Assembly (NCBI GenBank): GCA_977016875.1
Contig: CDRNST010000093.1
Coordinates: 5,084,001-5,148,000, forward strand
Length of the DNA stretch: 64,000 nt
DNA from: Pavona decussata
Lineage: Eukaryota
Direction: 5' to 3'
The position numbers and the translations under genes are program-made. Below are positions 10,861-24,071 of this stretch, one piece after another; position 1 is the stretch's first letter, and the number at the start of each line of letters is the position of its first letter. The notes beneath the pieces are model-generated. The model saw nothing but the letters and a program-made list of their open reading frames with translations. It was not told the origin of the DNA and made no database searches.

Positions 10861-13800
10861 CTTTTGTTGGTTCTGATTCACTGCTTTTACTTGATATTCT
10901 TTTAAATCAGTGGTGATCCCTCCCTTGGTTTCATCTTTTGGTGAAGAGACTACATCTGGAGTTCAAGTTTTCTCGTTCAAATCCTTAAAATTCTGTCAAC
11001 ATCTTTTCGTCATTTCAAAGCCCTAATTTACGGCCTTGTAATTTGAAAAAAAAGTCAGGACTGCAGGCTACTCCGCATCGCGTAATTAGTAGTTTTAACA
11101 TTTGCTAATTAGTTTTGTCCACTCATTAATGTCACCTGGCAGGGAGTTGCATAGCGCTATACACTACAGACCATTACACCGTTATTGAAGCAGGTTATTT
11201 TTCAAGTTTTTGTCTATCAATACGAGTGTAGGTGTCGACAGCTATGTCAAATGACAAGGATGTGAAGAAGTGCTTAATTGGAAAAGCGCGAAAGGTTTCA
11301 TGAAATTTGGCCATTTTTACTGAAGGTTTGCATTTATGTAAGATAAACTAGGAGGTACTTTCCCCTGAATAACAGGAAACTTCTTTTTGGGCAGAAAATT
11401 GCCTGATAAACTGTTAGTCATAGACAGGACCATTGATGGGAGATTGAAATGAATCCTCCAAATTTTTCAAGGCTACAGGCCTGTTCGAAGCACAGAATTT
11501 TACTTAGGCCGGGTTATTCGCTGCTCGTGGTGGTTCTTCCTTACTGATAAACAAAGGCCCTATCCCGAACCCCCTTCTAACGCTCCGCCATTTGTTTCTA
11601 GGTCAAAAATCTTTTGACTTATTGCAATAATAAAACTTGCATCTATAGAGAGATGTCTATCTCAGATGCTGCAATTCTAGCTGACTCATGCAGTCATTTA
11701 TCTTTGTTACTATTTGCTACATTAGCTAAATAGTAACCAGTTGCATTTTTAAATATATCAGTTTAAGAATAATTGCAGCTCATTTTCTTCAGAGTCAAAA
11801 CTAACAGCTGTTTTGTTTGACTGCTCTTGAGATAGTTGTTCCAAATTTACTAAAAAAGCAGCTTGTGTCTAGAAACACAACAACGGAACCACCAACTGCA
11901 GTTCCGCTTAAAACAAAGAAAACGTTTTCTAGAAGCAGATATTGTTTTCTGTGACGTCAAGTCTTGTTTATTTTATTGGCCAACCAAAAAAAACCCTTTT
12001 GTTAAACCCTCTGAGCGTGACAGTTCCCTTCCTTAATATTATATCAAGCGCCGAGTCTACAGGAGAAACATTTACCCTGATATGGTATTTGGAGGTTTTG
12101 GAGTCATAAAACCAACATCAGGTTTTCACAGTTCCACTTTTCGGAGAAAATTCGAGCTTCACAGAACAGGTACTTGATATAGTTAATTGGTTATTACTGA
12201 CAATCTCATGCATTCTAGGATCACTAACCTAACACATTTTACTGTCTTGTTGCTATGGTATCCCAAGATAAAAAGAAGTCAACTTTATTTATTTAGTCAG
12301 GACATTCAGCCTATCAGAAGATTAATATCGAAAATTGCTTTTGGACCCAAGAGTTGAGCGATCATAAATTAATTTCTCGCTCCATGCTTACACAAAGCCT
12401 AATTGTAGCTTTCTGCTTAGAAATGAAATAACTCGACGGCTTTCCACTGAAGCCTTCAATCGGTAAGTGTAGACTGAAGGACATCAATTTATGCACTCAT
12501 GCCTTTTGCGTGCCGTGCCGCTTGCTTTTATCTACATCCAGTTCGTGAAACAACTCAGTCAAAGCTCGGTGACTAACAATCGTAGCCGGATCGATCGACG
12601 CTCGTCCCTTATGGACCGTGCGACCTTCAGAAGACAATTTCTATCAAACCGGAAAGATATTTTAAGTTATTTTATTTTACCAAAATTGCCCGATTGATGG
12701 AATTGTCTCTATGTCTTTAATATTATTCCAAAATTCGAGCATTGTCACACTTGTTCGCTGTTCTACACGATCATCGTGTTACGTTTGGTTCCAAAACGTA
12801 TTCAAAAAGCCGGAAAAAAAAAACCGCAACGACTATAAGCCGGTGGTATATTTGCACGCTAAATAATCTAAAGACTAAAATGCAAATTACTGTTTCTGGT
12901 TCACAGCATGTCAATGTGTTTTTGAGTTTATTTGCCTAAAGCAAGTCAAAAACAAAAACCTATTCGTCTTGTTTGCATCATCCGTTCAACGCAGTCACGG
13001 TTCGTTTAGAGCCATGTGTGCTGAACTGAATAAGACAACTTAGAAGTTTCCATTAAAGAGAAAAAAAATAATAACTTCACTCACTCACGAAACCTAAGAT
13101 CGTTTTTTAAAGTTATTTTAAGACCACTTTTTATTCATATTATTTATTCGCGTGCCCTTCGATAACCTTGTGTATCTATAAAAAAATAAAATAAATTAGC
13201 ATGAACGTTGTTCAATTGTATTAAATTGTAGATGTTACCTTGTTTACTTCTTATATTAACTCTAGAAGGCGAATATCTAAAGCTGAAAATTATGTCAAAA
13301 ATACGTTGTTATAATTCCCCTCTATTGGGTCACACAAGTTCGTCTGAATTGTAATAGCTAAGCTGCAAGCTTTAAAATCTAAATAAAATATGGTTTTACT
13401 ACTAGCATAACTTTAACATAACATCACATACTCTATTCAAGATGCAAATATAATATCGATATACAAAGATCTAAATTAAACTAAAAGGAAAGGAAAGAGG
13501 AATAAGGTGTCTTGACTGATGAACTTTAAGGGTTAGCCCTATATAGAAACTCCCTAATGAAATGAAGAATTAGAAATTAAGATTAAGAATTAAAATTACA
13601 AAATCACTATACTACTGGTACATTTAACTGAGATAAAAAAAACTGAGGGAGCATGATCATTGGTTTTGGTAGCTCATTAAGCCCACCGTTGAACTATGCT
13701 AGCAGAGATCTCTAATTTCCTCTTCCATTCAGTTTCCTTGCTTCTGTTTCCTTCATTACTCAGTTTACACGGAAACATAACTGTTTTAAATTCGTGTTGA

Positions 13801-14277
13801 CAGACCCGGCAAACGGCTAAGTGTTGTGTTCTCATACAAAATGTTTCACAAACTTCAATTCTTTGCTTAAATCTCAGTTTGATATCTTATCTGTCTCGCT
13901 TTAATTTGAAGTAGACAACTCATGTACTCATGTATAAGTTTGTCATGAAAAAAATGTATGTCAGTGTATTTACCAAAACTGGCTAGACTATTAAACTTTG
14001 ACCGGTTTTAAGGGAAGTGGTAAAAACTACTATACTCGAACAGGAACCATCAAACCCCAAAATAGATGGTGGCCTCTGCCTGCACTCCCCTTCCTCAACC
14101 TCAAAAGTTAGTAATGTTCACGAGATAGGTGGTGTCTTTGATAACCCCCCTACCCCAGACAAGGTGGGTCCTCCTCGAACAAACTTCTTGTTATGACCAG
14201 TTCCCTAAGTTCGCTAAGTTTCATCACTACTCCTTACTTTTATAATCTCTACTTGCAGCTAATACCCTGAGTTAAAC

Positions 14278-17200
14278 ATGGGGATTGTAGTGTCCAAGAA
14301 GAAAAAGAAACTTCAGCTGGAACAAAATGAGGTATTTTCGTAATTTTACTTTCAGTCTAAGTACTGCTGTCTGCTGACTGTTGACAACAAAACTCACGAC
14401 CAAGACGATTGAAAGCTTTATTCGTCCCTTTTCTTCCCTCCCTTTCATCCATCTCCTATCTTCAATCTGGAAAAGCCATCCCGGCACTCTGACACTAATT
14501 GACTAGTCTCCGTAACATCACTGAGTAAAATAGCAACTGGCAGGGCTTCCCTCCACTAGTTCTTTAGAGAGTTATGTTCTTTCTATTTCTAATGTTCTTG
14601 GTACTAAGATGTTTTCTTTTTACTGAGCTTTTAGTTTAAGTCCCCCCCCCCCCCCCCCCAATACTATTTTTATTATCTACACCATCTCCATGTTAAATTT
14701 TCATAGTCCAAACAATAACTGCATATTGGGCAAGTTTGCAACTGAGAAAAAAAAGGAGCTGACAAAAATGCTTATCAGCCCCAAATGTTTTCGGGAGTTT
14801 TGAAAAATGGATCTCTGGACTAACTTGTTTTTCGGGCATTATAGAAAATTGAAATCTTTTTAATTTTATACTTAATTTTGTAGACAAAGACAAGGGAGGG
14901 GAAAAGAAAAAGTCGCGAAAGCGTAAATCTGAAGCAGGTACGAGGTGCAGCTGGAGCATCCGAAGAAGACGAGAGACACATTGCCGAGGAACAGGAAGAA
15001 AGCGAGAAGCTTGAGGAGGCGCGAACGTGTGATGATGAGGAGGAAGAAAATTCAGAACAGGAAGATGAAGAAAAGGAAGAGAATGACAACGAAGACGAAA
15101 GTGATGAAGAGGAGGAGAGTGATAACAAAGAAGAACACGACGAAAATTCCCAGGACGAGGAAGAAGAAGACGAAGAAAAAGACGTAACAGAAACGAAAAT
15201 CTCTAAAGTGCTTGCAAATTACAGTGAGAAATTACAGAAAGCTTTGATGGGCGATCTGGATTGTGACTTTCCGGAGAACGTTAAGGTTGTTCGAATCTTC
15301 ACGAGCTCTACGTTCACTGGTAAATATTTTTAGTTACAAGGGCAGAAAAATTGTTTTCGGGAATCCCTCTGCCCTTCTGTACTGATGGGGGTTTCACGAA
15401 AAGTCTATTGGTTTGTAACACAACTCCTTTCCCTTAAGGTGATTCCATTGAATTGCGTTGCGTATTATTAATGCGCATAATTTCTTACGTCATTAGAAGG
15501 ATACAAGAAGTGGTAGATAACGAAGCCTTGCAAACTTATTAATTATCCATCATCAAATAATTTAACTGGATGAATTACAAACTAACAAATGTCGTGTACA
15601 AGAGGAGGTCTGCTATTTGAACATATCAGAACCCTGTTCAGTGAAGTCCCGGTCAGGAGTTCCTCTAGTGAGCAGTATTTTAACCATCACATGAACGTCA
15701 TCCATAATTTTCTATAAAATTCTATTTAGATACGTCTGTGGAGCGTAACACCCTGATGGAGCGAGTATACCCTCGACTGAAGTCATACTGTCAAGAAAGA
15801 GGCTACGACTTCCAAGTGGTGGACATGAGATGGGGAGTCCGGGACGAGTCCACTGATGATCACATGACCACTGAACTCTGCATGAGGGAGCTGCGTGCAT
15901 GTCAGAAATTATCAACTGGACCCAACTTCATAGTGAGTTTCAGATCCAAAAGAGAAAGTTAGCCAGTTTCTCATAGCACACGCCTCTAAGATCACTCGTT
16001 ATGTCGGTCTCTGTCCTTCTTCATCTATTTGCATTTAGAAAGGAGATTATGTCCATAAATTACTGCTTTTTACATAATAGCTGTTTCTCGTCACTCGAAA
16101 GTTTACAAATTCGCTTCATTTAAGTGTTGACTAATTGCATTTTATATTTTGCCAGATATTAGTCCAGAGTTAACGGTATGGATTTTGATCAATGGACCCT
16201 TCTCCAAAATGGCGGCCGAAAATTCAAATAAGTTAAAATAAAAAACGTATACCAGCACTAGAAAGAGCACTTTTACTTTAGTAACCCTGCAAATTTTCAG
16301 CATATCAGGTGTAATATCAGCTGAAGTATGACGTATAACCCAGTCATACAAACGTCTGTAAATTTGTCAAATTTCATCTTACATTCCCCAAGCTGGTATA
16401 ACACCTAATATGCTGAAACTTTGCAAGGTTCCTCAAGTAAAGGCGTTCTTTCCAGTAAAGGTATCAGTTTCTCAGTCATTCAGTTCAATTGTAACTCATT
16501 CAAATCTGTTGCCGCCATTTTGGAGAAGGGTCTATTAAGTTTGTTTAATGCATAATTGTGGGTGCATGGTTTTACCATCAAATTTAAAGAAATCTTACTT
16601 TGCCTATTTTCAGACCTTTTTAGGGCAGAAATACGGCTACCGCCCTTTCCCAACCAAAATCATTGCTTCTGAATTCGAGAAACTCCTTGGAGCAATCGAC
16701 AACAAAGACGATCACCAACTCCTAAGACATTGGTTCTGGAAAGATGATAACGCAGTTCCCGCCCAATATGTCTTGCAACCAATCACATCACTGCTGCCTC
16801 ACTATCGTGACTATGAGAACAATGAGTTGCGTAAGAAGGCGTCCGGTGATTGGTGGGCAGCGTTTGAGAGAATGCAGGTTGTTTTCAGGATGGCTGCTGA
16901 CAAGGCTTTGGATAATAAGAGTGAGCGACACAAGTACTACATGTCAGGTATGACAGTATTAAAAGCTGGAGATGATAAAGGTTTTAGCCGCATTTTAAGG
17001 ACAGCACACCTAAAAGGAGTACTGATAACTCCTAGCGTATATATTGTCAGAGACCAGGGACGAGTTGCATAAAACTTAACGACGGGCGTAACTGCTATCG
17101 TCAGACGTTAAAATACTGAATGTTACTTGGCTGAAGGTCTGGCGTTAGCAGTTACGCCCGACGTTAAATTTTATGCAACTCACCCCAGGTTAACAGCTTT

Positions 17201-20200
17201 TGCAGCAACGGAGATTACCAACGCAATTACAGTGTCCTAAATTTGTTAAAAGCGCACTCAAAATTGCAAACGTTACCAGTTAAAAATTTCTTCGATACAT
17301 AGTTTTGTTTTTTCTCCTTTTGCGAGATGGGTCATGAAATTCTATGACGCCTGTGTGAATTACTTGCCTTTGTTCCCTTTTCCTTCGGTTTGTGATCTAC
17401 AATTCCTTCAAAAATCAATCACACTTTAGATACATCATTCTGGCTATATTCCAATTAAATCGACTAAATTCATTGTGAACGTCGTTAATTTCAGTATTTC
17501 GCGTTCTCCTGTAGTAACCGAGGATGAAATCCGTCGAGGTATTATCAATGCATCTAATCCTTCCAAACACTGCTTCTGGTTCAAGAGAGTCATCCCTGAT
17601 CTTGGAACAAACATCGATGGAAAAAACGCTGGAAAGTACATTGACAAAACGTGGGGAGACAACGCATCTGTAGATGAAACTGCACAGAAACTTCTCAGCG
17701 TTCTCCGAGAGAAAGACCTTCCACGTGCCTTACCAAGCCAAAACATTGTGACTTACAACGTTAAGTGGTCTGACAATGGCGTGAATCCCTCAGCATTACC
17801 AGAACATGCAAAATACATTGAGAAACTGTGCGAAGACTTTTATGCCACTTTAACAAAGATGATTGACGACGGAATTACGGAAAATGAGACGTCTGACTCG
17901 AGAGATCCATTTGCTGAAGAAATCTTCCAGCATGGTTCATTTTGTCAGAAGAAGTGCAAATCATTTCATGGGCGTAAACAGTTTCTGGAAGCGGCTCAGA
18001 AGTCCTTGGTAGAACACGAAAGGCATATGGTCGTCTTGTACGGGGAATCCGGTTGCGGGAAAACGTCAATAATGGCCAAAGTTGCTACGGAAGTGAAACC
18101 GTGGGTGCAAGACCAATCCGCTATAGTCATTTTGCGATTCATTGGCACATCACCGGAGTCATCTGGTATCAGACCTCTCCTGAAGAGCATATGCATGCAG
18201 TTGTGTAGGGTTACTGGACAGGACACAACAGGTATTCCAGAGGTAACTATTTAAACTTGATTTTTGTACTGTGAAACGCGGTTTGTTGGCAATGTAATTC
18301 ATTTATAGAGAGGAGATGAATGATATTTCATGGGCTTGGTTAATATCCACCCCATCCTTGTCTGCTACTTGGTTACGTGATTGCAATTAATATGATATTC
18401 TCACACACATTTGAAAAAGCTAAGTCGAATTCAACCTGTCATCCATGAACAAGAGCATCTCATCAAATACGTTAGTCAACTTGGAGTAATTAAGAGAACG
18501 AAGAAGAGAACGGAAACGCCACAAGGACGTAGAGGCGAATTCATTGTCTCCGATGTAAATTCTTTTCCTTTATTCTAAATCAGAACTGAATGATGTAAAT
18601 ATTTTCAATAGGACATGGAATCCCTGAAGGACTATTTCCAAGAATGCCTGGAAAAGTCAGCGGAAAACAACCCCGTCGTTCTGGTTTTGGATTCGCTGGA
18701 TCAACTTTCCATCGATCATGGAGGACGACAAATGGACTGGTATCCAAGAAACCTACCGCCCAATGTGTATGCTATCCTTTCAACTTTGCCTGGCCAAGAA
18801 CACCAAGCGTTACCAAGTTTGAGAGTAAGATATAAAGCTTTTATAACTTCAAAGAAGTATGCCGGACAACAAGTGATCCTTTTAATTGCTTTTAAGTAAT
18901 GAGCTCCATGTGTCTGTTGAGCAAATTTGTCAATGCAATGATTCAAGTTTAAACTTCTAGTCACGTCTTCAAATATGTCAGGTGGTGTTTTATTTCAGTT
19001 TTACTTTTACAAGAGTCATTTATGGGTTAATTTTGCTTATTCTCACTGGACTTCCTATTCCACTGCATACTAAATAGCCAACTTGTTCACGCAAGAAAAA
19101 CAGCTGTTATTTTCATTGCTTAAGGTAGCCCAAGCTTGCATACAGATTTTCTGAAGGTAAACGTTTTGTTCACATGTTTTATTAATCTTAGACTATCCTA
19201 CCTGGTGAGTGCTTTCTGGAGGTACCAAGGATCCCCTTAAATGAAGCAGGTGTTATCCTTGACAACTGGCTGAAAGCGGCTAATCGTACCATCCTTCCAA
19301 AACAGAAAAGCTATGTGATGGATTCCTTTCAGAAGTGTCCTCTTCCACTCTACCTCAAACTTGCCTTCGACGAAACCTTGCGATGGAAGTCTTACACTCC
19401 CGACTCCGATATTCATCTTGAACAGAATGTAAGAGAAATCATCGACGACTTGTTTGAACGACTGGAAAGACGACATGGCATACTTCTTGTCAGCCATGCC
19501 TTAGCTTACATCACTGCCTCCAAGAATGGTTTAACGGAGCCCGAGCTGGAAGACCTCCTTTCCTTGGATGACGAAGTTCTGAATGACGTATACCAGTACT
19601 GGACACCACCAGTCAGAAGACTTCCGCCGTTGCTATGGATTCGTATTCGATCGGACATTGGAGACTATCTGATCGAGCGAGGGGCCGATGGCACCCAAGT
19701 GGTATTCTGGTATCATCGTCAGTTTATAGAAGCCGCTCGAGAACGATACCTGAAAGATCAGCAAGCGGAAAAGATTCATGCCAACATGAGCGACTACTTT
19801 CTTGGCACGTGGTCTAGTGGTGTGAAGAAACCATTTGTAAGTAAACAAGGCAAGGAATTATCCATGGATAGGCTAGTACCCAAACAACCTCTCATGTTCG
19901 ACTCACGTGAAGACAAACCGATTTTCAATCTTCGCAAGTTGAGTGAATTGCCTTTCCACCTTTTGTATTCCGGAAATTTGGAACAAATGAAAGAGGGATG
20001 TCTTTGCAACTTCGAATTCCTTTTAGCAAAAATACAAGGGCTCTCTTTGCAGGCTGTCGTGGGTGATTTTTCATCGTATCTCGACGCAAGGCCTGACGAT
20101 GACGACGTGCAACTCCTACACGAATGTTTACAACTCTCCGCCCATTCTCTCTCCAACGAAAGCAGACAACTTCCCACTCAGATAGTTGGTCGAATGTACA

Positions 20201-22485
20201 ATTTTCTGCAGAGGCAGGAACAATACCCTGATGTTTACAAGGTTTTGAATCAAGCATTGAATCCTTCGATTGACTGTTTCCTTCCCAATCGAAAGTGCCT
20301 GACAGCACCTGGGGGAGCACTACGTGCTGCAATTGGCTTGAGACAGTTCGGTACTGATTTCATCAGTATGGCTAAAGACAACCGCACAATTGCAGTCACA
20401 AGTCAGTCCTCGGAAGGACTTGTCATTAAAGTAATTGATTATCGCAGTGGAAGAGAGCTTCGAAAGTTTACCATACAAGAACCTACGGAAATGTACAGCA
20501 CGAATTTCAACCAGATAAGCCAAAAGGATCCCGATCTGCTGCTTCTTGCCGGGTCTCACAAGATTTATTTGCTCAGTACTTTGACTGGGCAAATAATCCA
20601 AGAATTCGAAGTAACCGATGACGAGTGGTTTTCCTATTATCCCCAAGCTCCAGTTTCGTACGCGAAAGATGAGAATTTGATAGTTGCTTTGTGTCCAGAC
20701 GCATTGAAGATCTGGGAAGTAAAGAATGGCACATTGCTTCACCATCTACCTTTAACAGATGTAAACACAGAAGATGAACTTGGCAGCCTAGATGCACGTG
20801 GTGAATACGCTGTTTACAACATTCGTGGACAGAATACTGTGCACTTTGTCGATGTGAAAATTGGCAAAGAGGTGGACAAGATCACTATAAACTACCCCCC
20901 AAAAAATGAAGAATCAGTCTTCATCAAGGAAATCAAAATAACATCCTTGGATCAAGTGGCTGTTATCCCATCCTCCTTCGATAACTTACGCCTATACGAT
21001 CTTTCTGGAAGTCTCATTCGCGAGCTAACTAATTTCAAGATGCAACAGGGTCTACATCGATTGCAGATCACTGACGATGGCAAAAAGGTGGTGACTGCCG
21101 ATGTTTACGAAATCTGCATCTTAAATCTGGAGTCAGGAGAAATGGAAAGATGCCTCCGAAGCCCAATTTTCCGTTTACGAATTTACACACGTGATGGAAA
21201 AAACATTTTAGCTATCGGTCAAGATAACATCCTCCGTGTCTATGACAAAAGTCGAGAAGAAGAAGATGAAAATCAGATGGACACTACTCTCAACGAAATT
21301 CAAGGCAACACCGTCGCTGACCAAATAACCACCATTTCATCTAGCTTTGATCGGCGCCATGTCCCCACAACGGTTATGATGCAACTTAAAAACGAGATCC
21401 ACCTCTGGGATGCACTAAGTGGTAAACGAGTTCGTCGACTGATGAACCTAACGGTATTTCCGAATCCTATTCGCATGTGTACCGCCACACAAGGAGTTGG
21501 TTTCATCTTTGACCAGAACCTTCCACACTACAAGGTGTTCAACTTTAAAGAGGGAACGATTGAGAGAAATTTGGATGGAAAGGCGTGCAAAAGAATGAAT
21601 GCTTTTGGATTCATTGACGAGAAACACATGATATCGTTTTCTCGAGGACGGAGAAATGTGAAAGTGTGGGATGTTGACAGTGGAAAAGTAGTGAAAGTGA
21701 TAAAGTTTACAGAAAAGCGTCGCTTTGAGGACCTGGTGATCAGCAACAATGGTCAGATGGTTGTGTGTTGCCAAGCAAGCCAAATGACCCAGCACACTGA
21801 CAAAGAGCTGTGCTTGATCGCCATCGACACAACCAGCTTCACCCACAAGTTTCTGAGACAAGAAGGAGAACAGTTGTCCCTCTTTAACGCAAAGATATCA
21901 GATGACGGCAAATATCTGGTTAACTTAGTCCAGTATTCACAGCCACTACTTTGGAATCTTCTAACCGGCAAGCTGGTTTGCAAGCTCTTCAATGCAGAAG
22001 CATACGAAACAGCTAGTGCCGTTGCAGTTTCAGGATCCTCCATGACAGCCATCACTGCAGGAAATGACATCGGTATCAAAATCTGGAGTGTCGAAAGCGG
22101 CCAGATTACCCGCACCATCACCTGCCCTGACGTTTCTGAGGTTAATGTCTCGCCTGATGGAGGAGCAATCATATCGAGATCTGCAAATTCAAACAGCTTC
22201 GACGCGTGGGACATGAAGACGACGAAACACCTGGCGTCCTTTACGACAGATGGTTCTCCAAATCATGTGAAAACTATTGGAGACAGGATCGCACTAGCGC
22301 TGGGAGAGAACCCAAATCTAATGGTTCTCCATCTCTACCGACCTGGCCACAAAGAGGTAGAAGAGATGAAATCGCCATACGATGGTCTGTCCACAGAAGT
22401 TACGATTGCGGGCTTCCAAGAGAGGCTTACTGTTGAAGACGGCTTGGATGATGACAAGGATGACGATGACAGCTATATCTGTTAA
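14278..22485 (+). CDS. NWD2-like: DUF4062-NACHT-WD40 STAND NTPase (NWD1/NWD2-like), paralog 1, ~1753 aa, 7 coding exons
   Basis: Exons 14278-14331, 14884-15319, 15730-15932, 16614-16947, 17515-18242, 18612-18824, 19192-22485; all GT-AG and frame-consistent (5262 nt). DUF4062 motifs VRIFTSSTFTD..ERN, DMRWG, FLGQKYG, SVTEDEI; Walker A GESGCGKTS; Walker B VVLVLDSLDQL; LPLYLKL and RRLPPLLW helical/winged-helix motifs; WD repeats (LKIWEV, IHLWDA, VKVWDV, IKIWSV). Confidence 0.92.
16191..16536. mobile_element. ~345-bp MITE with AATAGACCCTTCTCCAAAATGGCGGC termini (intron 3 of paralog 1)
   Basis: Terminal and long internal inverted repeats; same family at 42790-43016 and 59329-59671. Confidence 0.85.
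17058..17185. mobile_element. Short palindromic MITE (Harbinger-like, CAG TSD)
   Basis: GAGTTGCATAAAACTTAACGACGGGCGTAACTGCTA ... TAGCAGTTACGCCCGACGTTAAATTTTATGCAACTC flanked by CAG/CAG. Confidence 0.7.
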
Positions 22486-23890
22486 AACGCTCGCATGATT
22501 TCTGTGGAGTACACACAAGATGGAACAGTATGGAAGGTTTAGCACAAAAATTTAAAGTCAAAATAACAAAAAATTGCAGTTTGCATTTAATCGGTACTTT
22601 AGAATTCAGCATCTTTTTTACTACACTCATGAAGTCGTAAAATTTTGAACCTTTGATCTTTATAATCAGTGGTGATTAGGTCAGACATATTTCTAGTTAA
22701 TGAATTTATAAAGAAGTACATATAGTCGGACTATAAGGTGTGCGAGCCGAAAAGCAATCAACTTATCGTTCACAAGTCTATGCAAAAGCAACCACGTGCA
22801 AGGAAGACGTTTTAAATATACTGTAGTTCTTAGAAATTCGGGCTCCTCGATCGAAGAAAAAAAAAGGGAACAAAGCCCATTCCGTGTATGTTGCTCCTGA
22901 TATGACCTACAGACAACAAGCTTCTTATAGCTTTCTTCGCTTGCTTACTACATCGATTTTAAGAAATAAATAAACCTTGAACAGTGTGAGAAAGACTGGT
23001 CAGGGTGAGTCTGCAGTTGTAGTATGTTAAAATTTCTGTTTGTCTCATGAACTCTTTTACGCGTGTTGGAAAATGATAAGAAAAAAAACAACGATTAATA
23101 TAATTGGCTTCCTTCTCAAGGCTGAAGTTCTGTTTTCTGGTCGAAAAATCCCATCTCCTCGAGACCAGCCAAACGAGCGAGATCAGGGATCTGCAACTTA
23201 TTAGCATAAGCCAACAACTGTATGGACGGTTTTTCTTTGCTATTTTCGCATTTCGCATCGTTGACTTCACTCTCTTGAGGACGGTACGCCATTTTGGAAT
23301 TTCGCGGGAAAATTGGTCCACCAATATGGCGACCGGAAATTATGTGACGTCACGTGAAAACGATCTATCCTATCTGGCCGCAAATTAGACTTCACCTTTG
23401 GTGGTCCAAACGTTATCAGTTGTTATACAGTTTTGTAAACTTTTCTTGTGCTTTTCCTGTCCTTTCCTACCTTGAAGGTAACTATATGCGTTGTTTTTCG
23501 CGACTGTTTGACACAACGCGAAAATAAAATTAAAATTGCTGCTATAATTTAAAGCAGCTGAGCTAAATTTACCCCATTTTACAGGTTACGTAACAAACTA
23601 AAATCATTTTGAATCTGCTATCTTCCTTAGTCATTTCTTCACCTGACATGATTGCTGAGTTTACAACAAGAGCAAAAGATTGGTCAGTGTACTTTTTTGC
23701 GTTAATGGACAACGAAAATATAGTTCAATAAAACACGTTTCTTTGATATCTCTTGTTCATTTCTTCCGGATTGCTCGTTTTCTTATTTAGTCCTGTCCCA
23801 GAACTTGCTCTTTCCCCACCCAGGGTTCAGGGCGAGGCAAGAGGGTGTTCTGGAACAGGACTATTTCTGATAATTGTTTAAGCAGGTCCT

Positions 23891-24071
23891 TATAGTCCGT
23901 TTTCATTCACGTGACTACCGGCCATATTGGTTCACTGAAACAAAAGAAAGTATTTGCATAAAAATAGAGTTCAATTCCCAGAGGTTTAGTTTGAGACACC
24001 AACATGGCCGCCATTTTTTTGTTTTGGGACACCAACATGGCCGCCGTGACGTCATGTGAAAACACTCTATA
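23891..24071. mobile_element. MITE (ATAG...TTTTCA-TCACGTGAC / GTGACGTCATGTGAAAACACTCTAT family); related end at ~23320-23368
   Basis: Inverted termini plus internal CCAACATGGCCGCC repeats. Confidence 0.65.

Noticed and set aside
14820-15187. Ser-rich (minus) and Lys/Arg-rich (plus) ORFs
   Set aside because: Alternative frames of the acidic exon 2 of STAND paralog 1.
15358-15368. NF-kB-like site GGGAATCCC and similar short motifs near the putative immune genes
   Set aside because: Short motifs are expected by chance and are not positionally conserved between paralogs.
22441-22485. FLAG-like tag or C-terminal prenylation signal in DDDKDDDDSYIC
   Set aside because: Not DYKDDDDK, and the paralog has a related natural tail; Cys is the last residue, so it is not a CaaX box.
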